Shown here piece by piece: positions 19,641 through 29,207 of a stretch of 64,000 nt of DNA. The notes under the pieces are model-generated. The model saw nothing but the letters and a program-made list of their open reading frames with translations. It did no database searches and was not told where the DNA came from. The position numbers and the translations under genes were made by a program. Location: the NCBI GenBank assembly GCA_044345405.1, contig JBIJBE010000010.1, positions 28,363 to 92,362 of the forward strand. The letters run 5' to 3'. Position 1 is the first letter of the stretch, and the number at the start of each line of letters is the position of its first letter. The stretch is from Bdellovibrionota bacterium (lineage in GTDB: Bacteria > Bdellovibrionota_C > UBA2361 > OMII01).

Positions 19641-21206
19641 TTATCCCTCTCCCGTCGGAAAAAGGGATAGCTGCGAAGTATCTCTGTGCGGCCGCCCCGT
19701 TCCACGCTGTCTCCGCTTCCGGCTGCCGTGACGGGAGAGGGTGGTTTTTGATTCGGTCCGGAACTCAGGGCGACCGCGCCACTCGCGGATGACCTCGCGG
19801 GCGCGCCGGACGGCTTCAAGGTGGATGACCACCCGTTCAGGGTACTCCAGGCCTATCTGTACCCCCGCCTCGTTCAATTCAACGGGGGAGAGCTTCCACG
19901 GCTCGTGAATCAGCGGACTTTTGATCGCGGCAAGCTCCGGCACCCACGCTCGAACGAAATCGCCCCGCGGATCGTGGTCGTACCCCTGTTTGACCGGATC
20001 GTACATACGCAGCGCATTGATCCCGGTGGTGCCAGACTGCATCTGGATCTGCGGATAGTGAATGCCCGGCTCATAATCTAAGAACTCTCTCGCCAGGAAA
20101 TGGGAGAACGTTCGCCAATCGAGGAAGAGATCGTACGCCGCGAAGCTGACGAGCATCGCTCGCATACGAAAGTTGAGCCATCCGGTCGCGCGAAGTGAAC
20201 GCATGCAGGCGTCAACGAATGGGTAGCCGGTGCGCCCCTCCTGCCACGCTGTGAGGTGCTCCTCGTTGTGGTACCCGTCCCTCATCGTATCAAGCGCAGG
20301 GATGAAGGTATGGAATTCTATCGAGGGCTCCATCTCAAGTTTCTGAATGAAGTGGCAATGCCAGTGGAGTCGGGACTCGAAGGCCGAGAGTGAGCGAAGC
20401 CACGTGCCACGGGCGAGGGGATGACTCTCTCGGAGTCGCGAGATGGTCTTTCGTGTGTCCGCCACCACGGTTCGCATCGAGACGTTCCCCCACGCGAGGT
20501 AGGGGCTGAGTCGAGAGCCGAAATGTCGAGCCGTCAAAGGGCTTGAAATGGCGCGTGAGTAGGTCTCTCCACGCTCGGTGAGAAATGAGCGTAAGCAGTG
20601 GTGGGCGGCGCGCTCCCCGGGCTTTTGGTGAAGGGAGGATGGCTCGAAATCGCCGGGCACCGGTGGGATATCGCCGATCTCAATCGGAAGAGGGGAGAGG
20701 CACTGGGGAGGGGGTTCAACGGGTGCGGTCATCAATTCTTCCCACCGCGTCGTCCATCGCTCGCGTGTTCGTAGACGTCGCACAACACCGAACTGTCGGG
20801 GCTCGTGCCACGCTATTCCTTTCTTATGGCACCAAGCCCCTACCGCCTTGTCACGCTCGAAGGTCTGCGCGTTTCCCGTTTCTTCGTGCGACCAGAGGGT
20901 GAACGTTCCGAAGGCTCGCTGAAGCTCACGAAGAACGTCTAGAGCTTCCCCCTCCCGTACCACGAGGGGTTGTCCGAGGGTCGCCAAATCCTGACGCAGC
21001 TCTCGCACGGACTCCGTGACCCACCATCGATGTCGTGAGCTCATATCGGGAGCATTCCACACCGAGGGTTCAAAGATGTAGAGGGGAAGAACGGGACCCG
21101 CGTGAGCCGCGGAGGAGAGCGGGGCGTGATCGAGGACTCGAAGATCCCGCTTAAACCAAACAACCTGCACCTGAGATCCCATACCTGAACAGCCCTCTGA
21201 GAACAC
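19641..21206 (-). CDS. Deoxyribodipyrimidine photolyase/cryptochrome family protein
   Basis: VVWFKRDLRVLDH, SRLSPYLAWG, GRTGYPFVDACMR, WLNFRMRAML. Confidence 0.95.
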   Translation of the reverse strand: MFSEGCSGMGSQVQVVWFKRDLRVLDHAPLSSAAHAGPVLPLYIFEPSVWNAPDMSSRHRWWVTESVRELRQDLATLGQPLVVREGEALDVLRELQRAFGTFTLWSHEETGNAQTFERDKAVGAWCHKKGIAWHEPRQFGVVRRLRTRERWTTRWEELMTAPVEPPPQCLSPLPIEIGDIPPVPGDFEPSSLHQKPGERAAHHCLRSFLTERGETYSRAISSPLTARHFGSRLSPYLAWGNVSMRTVVADTRKTISRLRESHPLARGTWLRSLSAFESRLHWHCHFIQKLEMEPSIEFHTFIPALDTMRDGYHNEEHLTAWQEGRTGYPFVDACMRSLRATGWLNFRMRAMLVSFAAYDLFLDWRTFSHFLAREFLDYEPGIHYPQIQMQSGTTGINALRMYDPVKQGYDHDPRGDFVRAWVPELAAIKSPLIHEPWKLSPVELNEAGVQIGLEYPERVVIHLEAVRRAREVIREWRGRPEFRTESKTTLSRHGSRKRRQRGTGRPHRDTSQLSLFPTGEG

Positions 21207-21294
21207 CGTAGCGGAAATGAGATCCGAACCTCAAATGGCGAACGATCGATGTTCACTAAATGCCGCTAACCACCTCTTCTCCCCAGGTATGACC

Positions 21295-22473
21295 TTACCT
21301 GACCGTGATTGAGAGAAGTTTCGGGAAGTTCCTCCCGGAGTCCAACAACTCCATACCGGACTCCTGGATGTGCGTGCCCTCAAATGACACCACCTCAAGA
21401 TTATGGGAGGTGCCCGAACTTATCAGTGCCTCAACGCACAAACTATCCGCGTTGGAGTGTGAGAGGGTGAGCTCTCGAAGCTTCGGAAACCGGGTGCTAA
21501 AGATATCGGCGAAATCCTCGGATGATAGGCTGTATCCTCGAATCGTGAGCCGCTCAAGAGAGGGCGCTAGTTCTTTGAGTGTTTCGATCCCGTTCTCGTC
21601 GATGTTAGCGTTGATATCAAGCGAGGTTGTTATTCCGGGCTGAACGAAGCGATTGAGAAAGGAGTAGGGACCGAAGCGATAGCTCGCCGATACTGCGTCG
21701 ATCCGTACGTATTCGCCGATCAACTTCCATCGCCTTCTCTCCTCGTGGCTATCAGGAAGGCACCCGATAACGTTGAGCTCTCGCACAAAGTGGGTCCCTT
21801 TGTATCCGCACACCGGCGCGGCGTCGAGTGGATGACAGGTAAGGGTATGTAGTTTAGGCGCGAGGTGCCCGAGACTTGCCACATCCGGATCTACGCCACG
21901 AAGGGTCAGCTCTTCCACACCCTCCATTACCTTCGCGTCGTTGAGCATCGACGCGATGTTCTTGCTACACTCCAGAATGTGTAGCTTTCGAATGGGATGC
22001 GCCTTCGCGACTGATGCCACAAGCCCCGCGCCTTCGCCCGATCCAGAGATGGTTATCTCATCGATCAAGCCGTTTCGAAGACGAACATTCGTGTCGCGAC
22101 CGTAGCTAAAGGGCGCGAGACGTCGGCCTATCTCTTCCGCGGCGCGCAGCGAGTCGTAGTGCTTGGCGCGGGCGCGCTCATCGGATGAGAGAGTGCGCGC
22201 GCTTCCGAGCGCGCACATATCCCTGATTAACTCCGCTTTGGCGATATCAGCCTCTGTCCCTTGCGTCTCAAGGAAGTCGGCGTAGCGAAGGTAGTTCGAA
22301 TTGTTTTCTCCACCTCCGTTCTTTCTGATCTCCGCGATGAAGGTACGCTCCTCGTCACCGCGAACTCGCTGTTCCCAGTTGATGTGAGCGAGATCTACCG
22401 CTGATGGCTGTTGTGTTGAGACAAAAGGTATATCTTCGGCGAATGCGTGCGCCGATCCTGCGTGACGTCCCAT
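21295..22473 (-). CDS. TIGR02996-domain/leucine-rich-repeat protein
   Basis: YLRYADFLETQG...KAELIR followed by LRR-like LERLTI, LRELTLSH, LEVVSF. Confidence 0.7.
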   Translation of the reverse strand: MGRHAGSAHAFAEDIPFVSTQQPSAVDLAHINWEQRVRGDEERTFIAEIRKNGGGENNSNYLRYADFLETQGTEADIAKAELIRDMCALGSARTLSSDERARAKHYDSLRAAEEIGRRLAPFSYGRDTNVRLRNGLIDEITISGSGEGAGLVASVAKAHPIRKLHILECSKNIASMLNDAKVMEGVEELTLRGVDPDVASLGHLAPKLHTLTCHPLDAAPVCGYKGTHFVRELNVIGCLPDSHEERRRWKLIGEYVRIDAVSASYRFGPYSFLNRFVQPGITTSLDINANIDENGIETLKELAPSLERLTIRGYSLSSEDFADIFSTRFPKLRELTLSHSNADSLCVEALISSGTSHNLEVVSFEGTHIQESGMELLDSGRNFPKLLSITVR

Positions 22474-22617
22474 ACTTAATCCCCCCTAAAGTAGTGACGG
22501 TCTAGAGGATGGTATGTGAGGCAGTGAAGGTGATGTGACCTCAGTGCCGTAAGGGGCTCTTTTAAGGGAAGATCCCGACGCAGGGAGCGGTTAAGCCACC
22601 CTTCAAATCCCGCGGTT

Positions 22618-23292
22618 TTAGGTGGGAAGGGAGAGGACGTAGATCTGGTTCTCTTCGATAACGATATGCTTGGTTTTTTCAAGCTCTTTGAGCGCTCGGG
22701 TGACCGCTTCACGGGAGGAGCCGATCATGCTCGCCAGCGCTTGATGAGTGGGCGGTTCGTGGGTGACGTGAGCTGGCGCTCCGTCATATTCGCTCGGAAC
22801 GCTCATCTCAAAGAGGATTCGAGCGACGCGGGAGGTCACATCGAAGAGCGCGAGATCCGAGATCCTCGACGACGCGGAACGAACCCGTAGGGCGAGGTTT
22901 TTGAGCATCGCTAGCGCCAGACCACCAAACTCAAGGAGATGGGCCTCAAAATCCTCTTTAGAGCACCGGAACAGCCGACAGTTGGTGAGGGCGACAACAT
23001 CAGCGACTCGCGGACCTCCACAGAGGAGTGAGATATCTCCGACTACCTCGCCTGGACGGAGGAGCGCCAAGATGACCTCCTTCCCATTTCGGAAACTGCA
23101 CACCTTGATGCTGCCACTCACGATGAAGTACATCTCAGCGCCCGGTGTGCCCTCTGTAATGAGGTACTTTCCTGCCGGTATCTCAACCACGGAGAGTCGA
23201 TGGTGTAGCGTGGCACGCTCCTCGGCGCAGAGATGCGAAAATGGAGGAGTCGATTCGAGCTCCAATAGTTCTGGTTGTGTTGATGAACTCAT
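22618..23292 (-). CDS. Crp/Fnr family transcriptional regulator
   Basis: cNMP-binding domain (GDISLL..GPRVADV) plus HTH THQALASMIGSSREAVTRAL. Confidence 0.95.
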   Translation of the reverse strand: MSSSTQPELLELESTPPFSHLCAEERATLHHRLSVVEIPAGKYLITEGTPGAEMYFIVSGSIKVCSFRNGKEVILALLRPGEVVGDISLLCGGPRVADVVALTNCRLFRCSKEDFEAHLLEFGGLALAMLKNLALRVRSASSRISDLALFDVTSRVARILFEMSVPSEYDGAPAHVTHEPPTHQALASMIGSSREAVTRALKELEKTKHIVIEENQIYVLSLPT

Positions 23293-23301
23293 CCCTTCTC
23301 C

Positions 23302-24399
23302 TCAGAGCACCGCTTCCTTCGTAATGATCAAGGCCCTTCTTGGATTACCGTCTGGAGAGAAAGAAGATACGGTAGTTTGAAAGGCTTGAGCAACCTCAAG
23401 GAGCCGTGAGTCAGTGTTGCCAGGCAAGTCTAGAGTAACTGTTCCTCCGCGCCTAGTGATTCGTAGCGCCTCGCGCAGAGATTCCACGCAAGGGTCGTGA
23501 CATATCACGCGAGAACAGAACTCATCGGGGAGGGGAAACGCACCTCTTGTTCCTGGCACGGCGAGCGCGGCCCCTTCGCAGGCGAGCGCGCTTCCCGCGA
23601 GCTCCGCGAGGGACTCCTTGCGTCGAGTCTCCTCTGGATGAATCGCGACGTAGAACTCCCGCGGATTCTGAAGCGAGGGGGTGATCTTTCCGCTCGGAAA
23701 GAATTCGACGGTTACCGGCGTGTGTTCCCCAAAGGTATCCCTCCACAACGTGGCCATGTTGCGCGTCGCGCTCGTGTGAAAAACGGAACGGCCTTGGCTA
23801 TCCCTCGCCTCCGGAGTTAGGTCCAACATTGGCCACATGAATCGCTCAAGGTACATGAATGCTCCACGCAGCCAATTACCGAACGGTATCTCCGTTTGTT
23901 TCGCTAGTTGCGCCTCTTGGTGCAACGCGAGACTCCCTTCCTTGAACTCGTCGAACGTGGATCCGATGTTCCAGAGGTCCGCCGCTCGGATGATTATCTC
24001 CTCTGGTGTTGAGGGGCGAACGTCGGGATTGGTGGCCATGATGATGTCGTGGACTTTCATGGCGTTAGACTGGGAATACCCGTTCTCTATCAGGAAGCGA
24101 TAGGTGAACGTTGCGGCCAAGCTCTCAGCGCTCTCGTAGCCGAGCATGCGAGCCGGCATGTGTGATAAGGCATCGTGTAGTTCGATGGCGTTGCGGAGGG
24201 CCTCGCCATCAACCGGAATGCCGTGGTGAGCGCATCGCTCCATCAAGATCTCAGCTTTCGACCACACCGTATCGGGGTGCGATATGCCGTGGTAGGGGGA
24301 TTGGGCGTCGGGTAGATAGGTGCGTTCCCGAATGTGTCTGAGTGTGAGGCGTTGCTCAAGAGAGGCGTCAGAGGGAAGGGGATGGGCGATGTTGTTCAT
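23302..24399 (-). CDS. HD-superfamily phosphohydrolase with a degenerate methyltransferase-like C-terminal domain
   Basis: PYHGISH...LHD...IMAT...AADL; C-terminal FPLPDEF..RVI...LREALRITRRGG. Confidence 0.75.
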   Translation of the reverse strand: MNNIAHPLPSDASLEQRLTLRHIRERTYLPDAQSPYHGISHPDTVWSKAEILMERCAHHGIPVDGEALRNAIELHDALSHMPARMLGYESAESLAATFTYRFLIENGYSQSNAMKVHDIIMATNPDVRPSTPEEIIIRAADLWNIGSTFDEFKEGSLALHQEAQLAKQTEIPFGNWLRGAFMYLERFMWPMLDLTPEARDSQGRSVFHTSATRNMATLWRDTFGEHTPVTVEFFPSGKITPSLQNPREFYVAIHPEETRRKESLAELAGSALACEGAALAVPGTRGAFPLPDEFCSRVICHDPCVESLREALRITRRGGTVTLDLPGNTDSRLLEVAQAFQTTVSSFSPDGNPRRALIITKEAVL

Positions 24400-24468
24400 A
24401 TGGGCACTCCTGTTGGGGAAGGTTGCTTTCCCTCACTGTAGTCACGTGGGAGACCGTACGTTGCCCGT

Positions 24469-24484
24469 TGTGATAAATGTCACT
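24469..24484. promoter_or_regulatory. CRP-type box upstream of the HD-Crp operon
   Basis: TGTGA-TAAATG-TCACT (9/10 match to TGTGA-N6-TCACA). Confidence 0.7.
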
Positions 24485-24524
24485 GAAAAATGGGAGGGGG
24501 AGATCGAGCGGAAGTAAGGCAAAG

Positions 24525-24550
24525 AAAAAGGGGCTCTCGGAGCCCCTTTT
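24525..24550. terminator. Intrinsic terminator (bidirectional form)
   Basis: AAAAAGGGGCTC-TCG-GAGCCCCTTTT. Confidence 0.85.
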
Positions 24551-24553
24551 GAG

Positions 24554-24814
24554 TTACGCCGCTCTGCGTCTCGTACGAATCTTCGTTTTCGAGTTCAGAA
24601 TTGCGTGCCGCGTTTTTTCGGGATTGAATCCAAAGTAACGGCAGATCGAATTGAAGGAGAGAACGTATTCCTCGTCTTCGTCCATGAGGTAATCGAGTGC
24701 CTCTTGTCGAAGTTCTGGTCCACTGCTCAGATCCTCGATAGTTCGAAGGATCATTGCTCTCATTAACTCACTAACTGCCGTGTATCCCTTCCCGCCGAGA
24801 TACGCGAGATCCAT
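24554..24814 (-). CDS. Small helical hypothetical protein (start uncertain, could extend to 24958)
   Basis: LMRAMILRTIEDL...EALDYL...LSFNSICRYFGFNP; directly followed by a terminator. Confidence 0.7.
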   Translation of the reverse strand: MDLAYLGGKGYTAVSELMRAMILRTIEDLSSGPELRQEALDYLMDEDEEYVLSFNSICRYFGFNPEKTRHAILNSKTKIRTRRRAA

Positions 24815-25156
24815 TTCAGGTAAACGATCTGAGCTGCTCACTGTAGACTCCAAAAAGTTAGTCGTACATTCACGATTGAAGCCGCTCACCTCCAAACACT
24901 CTTCTCCGGCGTACACACGGCAAAGGGCGTCAGAACGTAAGCTCACTTCGAAAACCAATGAGCAAAACTGTTGTAACCTGTGTTCTCGATAAAGGTCGCC
25001 CCGTATCGAGAAGACTGCATGCGTTATGGTAGGGGGTGGTAGGGGCGCAACCTAGAAAAAACGGGAAAAGGCGAAAAAGGGGCGAGGGATGGGGATTTTA
25101 GCGGGGGAGGGTTGTTTTTATGGGTGTTTTTGGGGTGTTTTTGGGCCCGTTGGCTC

Positions 25157-25275
25157 GACCCGGCACACCGGAGGGCGACCATTCCTGGTCGCCATATGGG
25201 TGCGAGGGGCGAAGGGAGTTTGGGGTACGGGGCATTGCGGCGCGCAGGAATGCGCGCCCTCCGGTGTGCCGGGTT
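25157..25275. repeat. REP doublet with extended inverted flanks
   Basis: ACCCGGCACACC-GGAGGGCGACCATTCCTGGTCGCC ... GGCGCGCAGGAATGCGCGCCCTCC-GGTGTGCCGGGT. Confidence 0.9.
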
Positions 25276-25279
25276 GCTT

Positions 25280-26359
25280 CTACAACACCCGCTCTAAGGC
25301 GAAATCGATCACGGCAAACAGCGCTTCCCCTTCAGGTGTAAGGTTGCTCAGATCGCCGCCAAGCGCCTCGGCGAGATTCTTCGTCGCGATGTCCGCGTGA
25401 TAGCGAGCTGCCTTTTTCGCCTCCAGTAGCACAGCGCTCTCGCGCAATTTGGCGAGCGATTCATCAACGAAGGTCTGTTCGGTGGATGGATCCGGGGGGA
25501 CGAGCAATCGCTTCGCGGCCGGATCTCCGCTCGCGATCCAGAGAATGTTGATCAGAGACGGCTTGCGCTCCGCGATATCGATCCCGGGTCGCTTACCGAG
25601 GGTGGCCTCGTCAGAGGTCACGTCGAGGATATCATCGATGATCTGGAAGGCGATGCCGAGCGATTCTCCGAACTTGGTCATCTTCTCCTTCACGTCATCA
25701 GGAGAATCTGTCAGGGACGCTCCGCAGAACGCAGCGAGGCGGAAGAGCGACGCGGTTTTGCGGGTCGCGATCGTGAGGCTCGACTCAGGTGTATGTTCGC
25801 CGAGCGGAACAGCTATCTCGAGGGTCTCTCCCTCGACAAGCTCGATGCATGCTTGCTCGGTCGCCTCAATTATTTCACGGTCGAGCCGTGAGCAGAGACC
25901 GAACGCGCGCGTCAGGAGGAAGTCCCCGGAGAGAAGGGTTCCTGGAGTGCCATACTTCGCGTACGCCGACGGTTTGTGACGACGGATCGGTGATTGATCG
26001 ATGATGTCGTCGTGCATCAAGGTCGCCATGTGAATCAACTCGATGCCAGCGGCGATGTCGATGATATCTTCTGTAATCTCCTCGGCTCCGAGCGCTTTAG
26101 AGCAGAGAAGGGCGAGGATAGGGCGAATGCGCTTGCCTCCGAGGCTTAAGAGGTATTCGGGGATCTCGCGCATGATAGCGACGTCCGACTTGAACGTGCT
26201 TCGGATGCGGGCTTCGACGGTTGCTATCTCAGGCACGAGGGTGAGGGCGTGCGCGAACCGTTCCTTAGCGGAGGGTTGCGTTGGTGCGTCTTGGATAGTC
26301 GGGGCTGGCGTCATAGGTGTCTTTGTAGGGGCCATCTTGGTCCGAGGGGACGTTACCAC
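25280..26359 (-). CDS. Polyprenyl diphosphate synthase (IspB-like)
   Basis: GGKRIRP, HDDIID...RR, KTASLF, FQIIDDILD. Confidence 0.95.
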   Translation of the reverse strand: MVTSPRTKMAPTKTPMTPAPTIQDAPTQPSAKERFAHALTLVPEIATVEARIRSTFKSDVAIMREIPEYLLSLGGKRIRPILALLCSKALGAEEITEDIIDIAAGIELIHMATLMHDDIIDQSPIRRHKPSAYAKYGTPGTLLSGDFLLTRAFGLCSRLDREIIEATEQACIELVEGETLEIAVPLGEHTPESSLTIATRKTASLFRLAAFCGASLTDSPDDVKEKMTKFGESLGIAFQIIDDILDVTSDEATLGKRPGIDIAERKPSLINILWIASGDPAAKRLLVPPDPSTEQTFVDESLAKLRESAVLLEAKKAARYHADIATKNLAEALGGDLSNLTPEGEALFAVIDFALERVL

Positions 26360-26417
26360 GGGAATGATGAAGGGGAAATTAATTCACCCGGAGGGCGGCG
26401 GAATGACGTGCAAATGT

Positions 26418-26469
26418 GGTGTGAAGAAAACAAGGTGTGAAGGAAACCAGGTGTGAAGGAAACAAGGTG
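26418..26469. repeat. 16-bp tandem repeat, about 3 copies
   Basis: GGTGTGAAGRAAACMA at 26418, 26434 and 26450. Confidence 0.9.
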
Positions 26470-26590
26470 AGGTGAAGATCGAACCCCAATCACAACCGCA
26501 CGGGGAGAAGCCGCGTTGAGCGGCGAGAGGGGGCAAAGCCCCCTGGGCCGAAGCGCCGAGCGGGAATAACAGCGCCGAATGGAAATAATG

Positions 26591-26665
26591 TGTCTCCGAC
26601 GGGATTCGAACCCGTGTTACCTGCGTGAAAGGCGGGTGTCCTAGGCCAGGCTAGACGACGGAGAC
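26591..26665 (-). tRNA. tRNA-Glu(TTC), CCA not encoded
   Basis: GTCTCCG acceptor stem, CT-TTC-AC anticodon loop, GGTTCGAATCC T-arm. Confidence 0.95.
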
Positions 26666-26786
26666 ATATATGGGCGAGACTAACCTTTCGGTCCCCGGTA
26701 CGGCAGGGGGTCTCTTCCAAGGGCCCTAGAGTTACTTGAAGTAGCTCTTTGGGTCAACCCTTGAGGGCAACTTCCTGGTATCATTT

Positions 26787-27977
26787 GTGTACGTTATGAC
26801 GGTCCTGTCCCTCGAACATCTCAAGACACTCGCCGCCCAGGTCGGACTCTCTATCGTGACGGTAGCTACTCCCGACGAATTGGTCGAGGACCGCCCCCAC
26901 CTTGAGGGGTGGCAAGAGCAGGGTTTGGCAGCCGAGATGGCGTTCATGGAGCGACCCTCTGAGCTGCTCACTACGCCGGCGAAACTGCTTCCGTCTGTGA
27001 AGAGTATCGTCGTTATCGCCGTCGCCTACGACCGCACGCCACGCCCCGAACGTGCGCCAGGGTACGGTCGTATCGCCCGGTACGCGTGGGGGCGGGATTA
27101 CCACAAGGTCCTACGGCGTCGCCTTGAACGGCTCCTTGAGGTTGTGCAATCGCACGTCGGTCATTCGATTGAGTATCGAGTGTTCGCTGATTCGGTTCCC
27201 CTTCTTGAGCGAGCGCTTGCCCGACGATCGGGGCTCGGATTCATCGGCAAGAATACGATGGCGATAATTCCTAAAGAGGGAAGCTTCTTTTTCTTGGGCG
27301 AGCTCCTGTGGAACCTGGAGATTGAGCGGCCAACGGATCAGCCTCGCTCCCCATCCTCATGCGGTACGTGTACACAATGTCTCTCGAAGTGTCCGACCGG
27401 AGCCTTTGTGAAGGAGCATGTCCTCGACGCGAGGCGTTGTATCTCGTATCTGACTATCGAGAAGCGAAGCGCGCTGAGTTATCAGGAGCGCGAGTGGATT
27501 GGTGAGTGGCTCTTCGGATGCGATATCTGCCAAGAGGTATGTCCATTCAACATCGTGCCGCTCAAGAAGCGCCTCGGCCCTCAGGTTCCAGAGTTAGGGC
27601 GAGAGGAGGGGGTCGGTCCTACCGTTTCGCTCGAGCGGGTACTTCGGATGCGCGGTGACGAGGAGTATCGAGCGGTCTTTCAGGGGACGGCGGTGATGCG
27701 GGCTAAACGAGAGGGGCTAGCTCGGAACGCCGCGGTTGTCGCGGCGAACACCCATGCGGAGCATCTTATTCCCCTCCTTGGGGAGGTGGTTAGACACGAC
27801 GGATCGCCCCTTGTTCGTCAGCACTCGGTGTGGGCTACGGCCGTGATGGCGTCACGGTTGGGGGAGGGCGCCCTATCCAGCGCGAAAGCGCTTCTTGATA
27901 TCGCCGCTCGCGATGAGGCGGAGAGTGTGCGACAGGAGGTGCTGACCATACGCTCCCAGTTGCGCAATTTCGCCTAA
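26787..27977 (+). CDS. queG: tRNA epoxyqueuosine(34) reductase
   Basis: IARYAWGRDYH, GFIGKN, CGTCTQCLSKCPTGA, CISYLTIE, FGCDICQEVCP. Confidence 0.97.
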   Translation: MYVMTVLSLEHLKTLAAQVGLSIVTVATPDELVEDRPHLEGWQEQGLAAEMAFMERPSELLTTPAKLLPSVKSIVVIAVAYDRTPRPERAPGYGRIARYAWGRDYHKVLRRRLERLLEVVQSHVGHSIEYRVFADSVPLLERALARRSGLGFIGKNTMAIIPKEGSFFFLGELLWNLEIERPTDQPRSPSSCGTCTQCLSKCPTGAFVKEHVLDARRCISYLTIEKRSALSYQEREWIGEWLFGCDICQEVCPFNIVPLKKRLGPQVPELGREEGVGPTVSLERVLRMRGDEEYRAVFQGTAVMRAKREGLARNAAVVAANTHAEHLIPLLGEVVRHDGSPLVRQHSVWATAVMASRLGEGALSSAKALLDIAARDEAESVRQEVLTIRSQLRNFA

Positions 27978-27995
27978 GACTCCACACTCAGGGGC

Positions 27996-28580
27996 ATGAA
28001 TACAACCAAGTTTCTCTCCGTTTTCGCCCTCTCTCTCGTTGTCTCCGCGTGCGCTCCAAGTTTGGGGCTTCGGATGGAGGCGCCCGATGTGGTCAACGAG
28101 GACGCGGAGAAGAATCCTGTTGTCGCGAACGCCGCCGCGGGATCAAAAGCTCGGATCGGGCCGTTTCTTGATGGGCGCTCATCAGACACCATCGCGATGA
28201 TAGATGGTCGTCAGGTTCGTACCGAAGGATCGGTGGGGACAGCTGTGCAAACCGGTTTTGAGCGGCAACTCCGTGAAGCGGGCGTGCGGGTTGTGCTTCT
28301 TCAGGCTCCAACCATCGAAGGTGAGGTTGTGGACTGGAAGGCGCGCGTAACTCCGGATTTCCCAGCGTCAAAGGTTGTCGCGAATGCCAAGGTGAAGGTG
28401 ACGATCAAGGGACCGAAGTCAGAGGTTCTCTATCGTGCCACCTATTCAGGTGAAGCAAACAAGACCCATCCCGTGCTCGGAGAGAGCGATATTCAAGCAA
28501 CGCTGGGAACCGCCATGGCGACCGCCCTTGAGGCCGCTGTGAAGGATGATGGGTTCATGCAGCAGTTGGTGGTGAGATAA
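27996..28580 (+). CDS. Lipoprotein (YajG-like)
   Basis: Lipobox VSAC; alpha/beta pattern. Confidence 0.7.
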   Translation: MNTTKFLSVFALSLVVSACAPSLGLRMEAPDVVNEDAEKNPVVANAAAGSKARIGPFLDGRSSDTIAMIDGRQVRTEGSVGTAVQTGFERQLREAGVRVVLLQAPTIEGEVVDWKARVTPDFPASKVVANAKVKVTIKGPKSEVLYRATYSGEANKTHPVLGESDIQATLGTAMATALEAAVKDDGFMQQLVVR

Positions 28581-28592
28581 GGGGCTTGAACC

Positions 28593-28684
28593 GGGAGGGC
28601 GACCGTTCCTGGTCGCCGAAAAATCGGACCACGCAAAGGGCGTTCATCTCAAGAAACACGGCGGCCAGGAATTGCCGCCCTCCC
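28593..28684. repeat. REP doublet between convergent genes
   Basis: GGGAGGGCGACCGTTCCTGGTCGCC ... GGCGGCCAGGAATTGCCGCCCTCCC. Confidence 0.9.
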
Positions 28685-28702
28685 GGGTACCGGACCCCAA
28701 AT

Positions 28703-29182
28703 TTACTGCCCGCGCTCCGTCAACTCCCGCGCCACCCGATCCAACATCGAATCAAAGATAAGGGGATCCTTATCGCGATACTTTGTGAGGATCTCTAACG
28801 CTTTCTCAAGTTGCCCATGCTCCTCATACCACGAAGCCACCGCGCGATATCGGTCGGCGACGAGGGGAAGCTCTACCTTTTCACGCTCCGCCTCCTCGTA
28901 CGTCGCGAGGGCCTTATCGACAGCTCCGCGGTTAAGTTCGATGTCGCCAACGTTCAAAAGATAGAAGTAGGGATTCTCCCATTCGGGACGGTCGGTGACC
29001 TCGAGGCGGTTCGCGATATGTTCGCGATACATCGTGATCGCCTCGTCGTGTTTTCCATCGCTGGTGAGCTGTTCTGCCTCGACAAGCTCGGTCGGGCCGC
29101 TTGAGAAACAGCCAGAGGTAAGCGCAAGCGCGAGTGAACCGATGATGGTGGAGGATAGCGAGCGACGGAGCGGGAAAACCAT
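28703..29182 (-). CDS. TPR-containing lipoprotein
   Basis: Likely start MVFPLRR; lipobox TSGC; TPR-like helices. Confidence 0.7.
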   Translation of the reverse strand: MVFPLRRSLSSTIIGSLALALTSGCFSSGPTELVEAEQLTSDGKHDEAITMYREHIANRLEVTDRPEWENPYFYLLNVGDIELNRGAVDKALATYEEAEREKVELPLVADRYRAVASWYEEHGQLEKALEILTKYRDKDPLIFDSMLDRVARELTERGQ

Positions 29183-29207
29183 AGGGCTTCCTTTGTAACG
29201 CACCTCG

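Noticed and set aside
26591-27977. Genomic island at tRNA-Glu
   Set aside because: No integrase or duplicated tRNA 3' end was seen, and the flanks are housekeeping genes.
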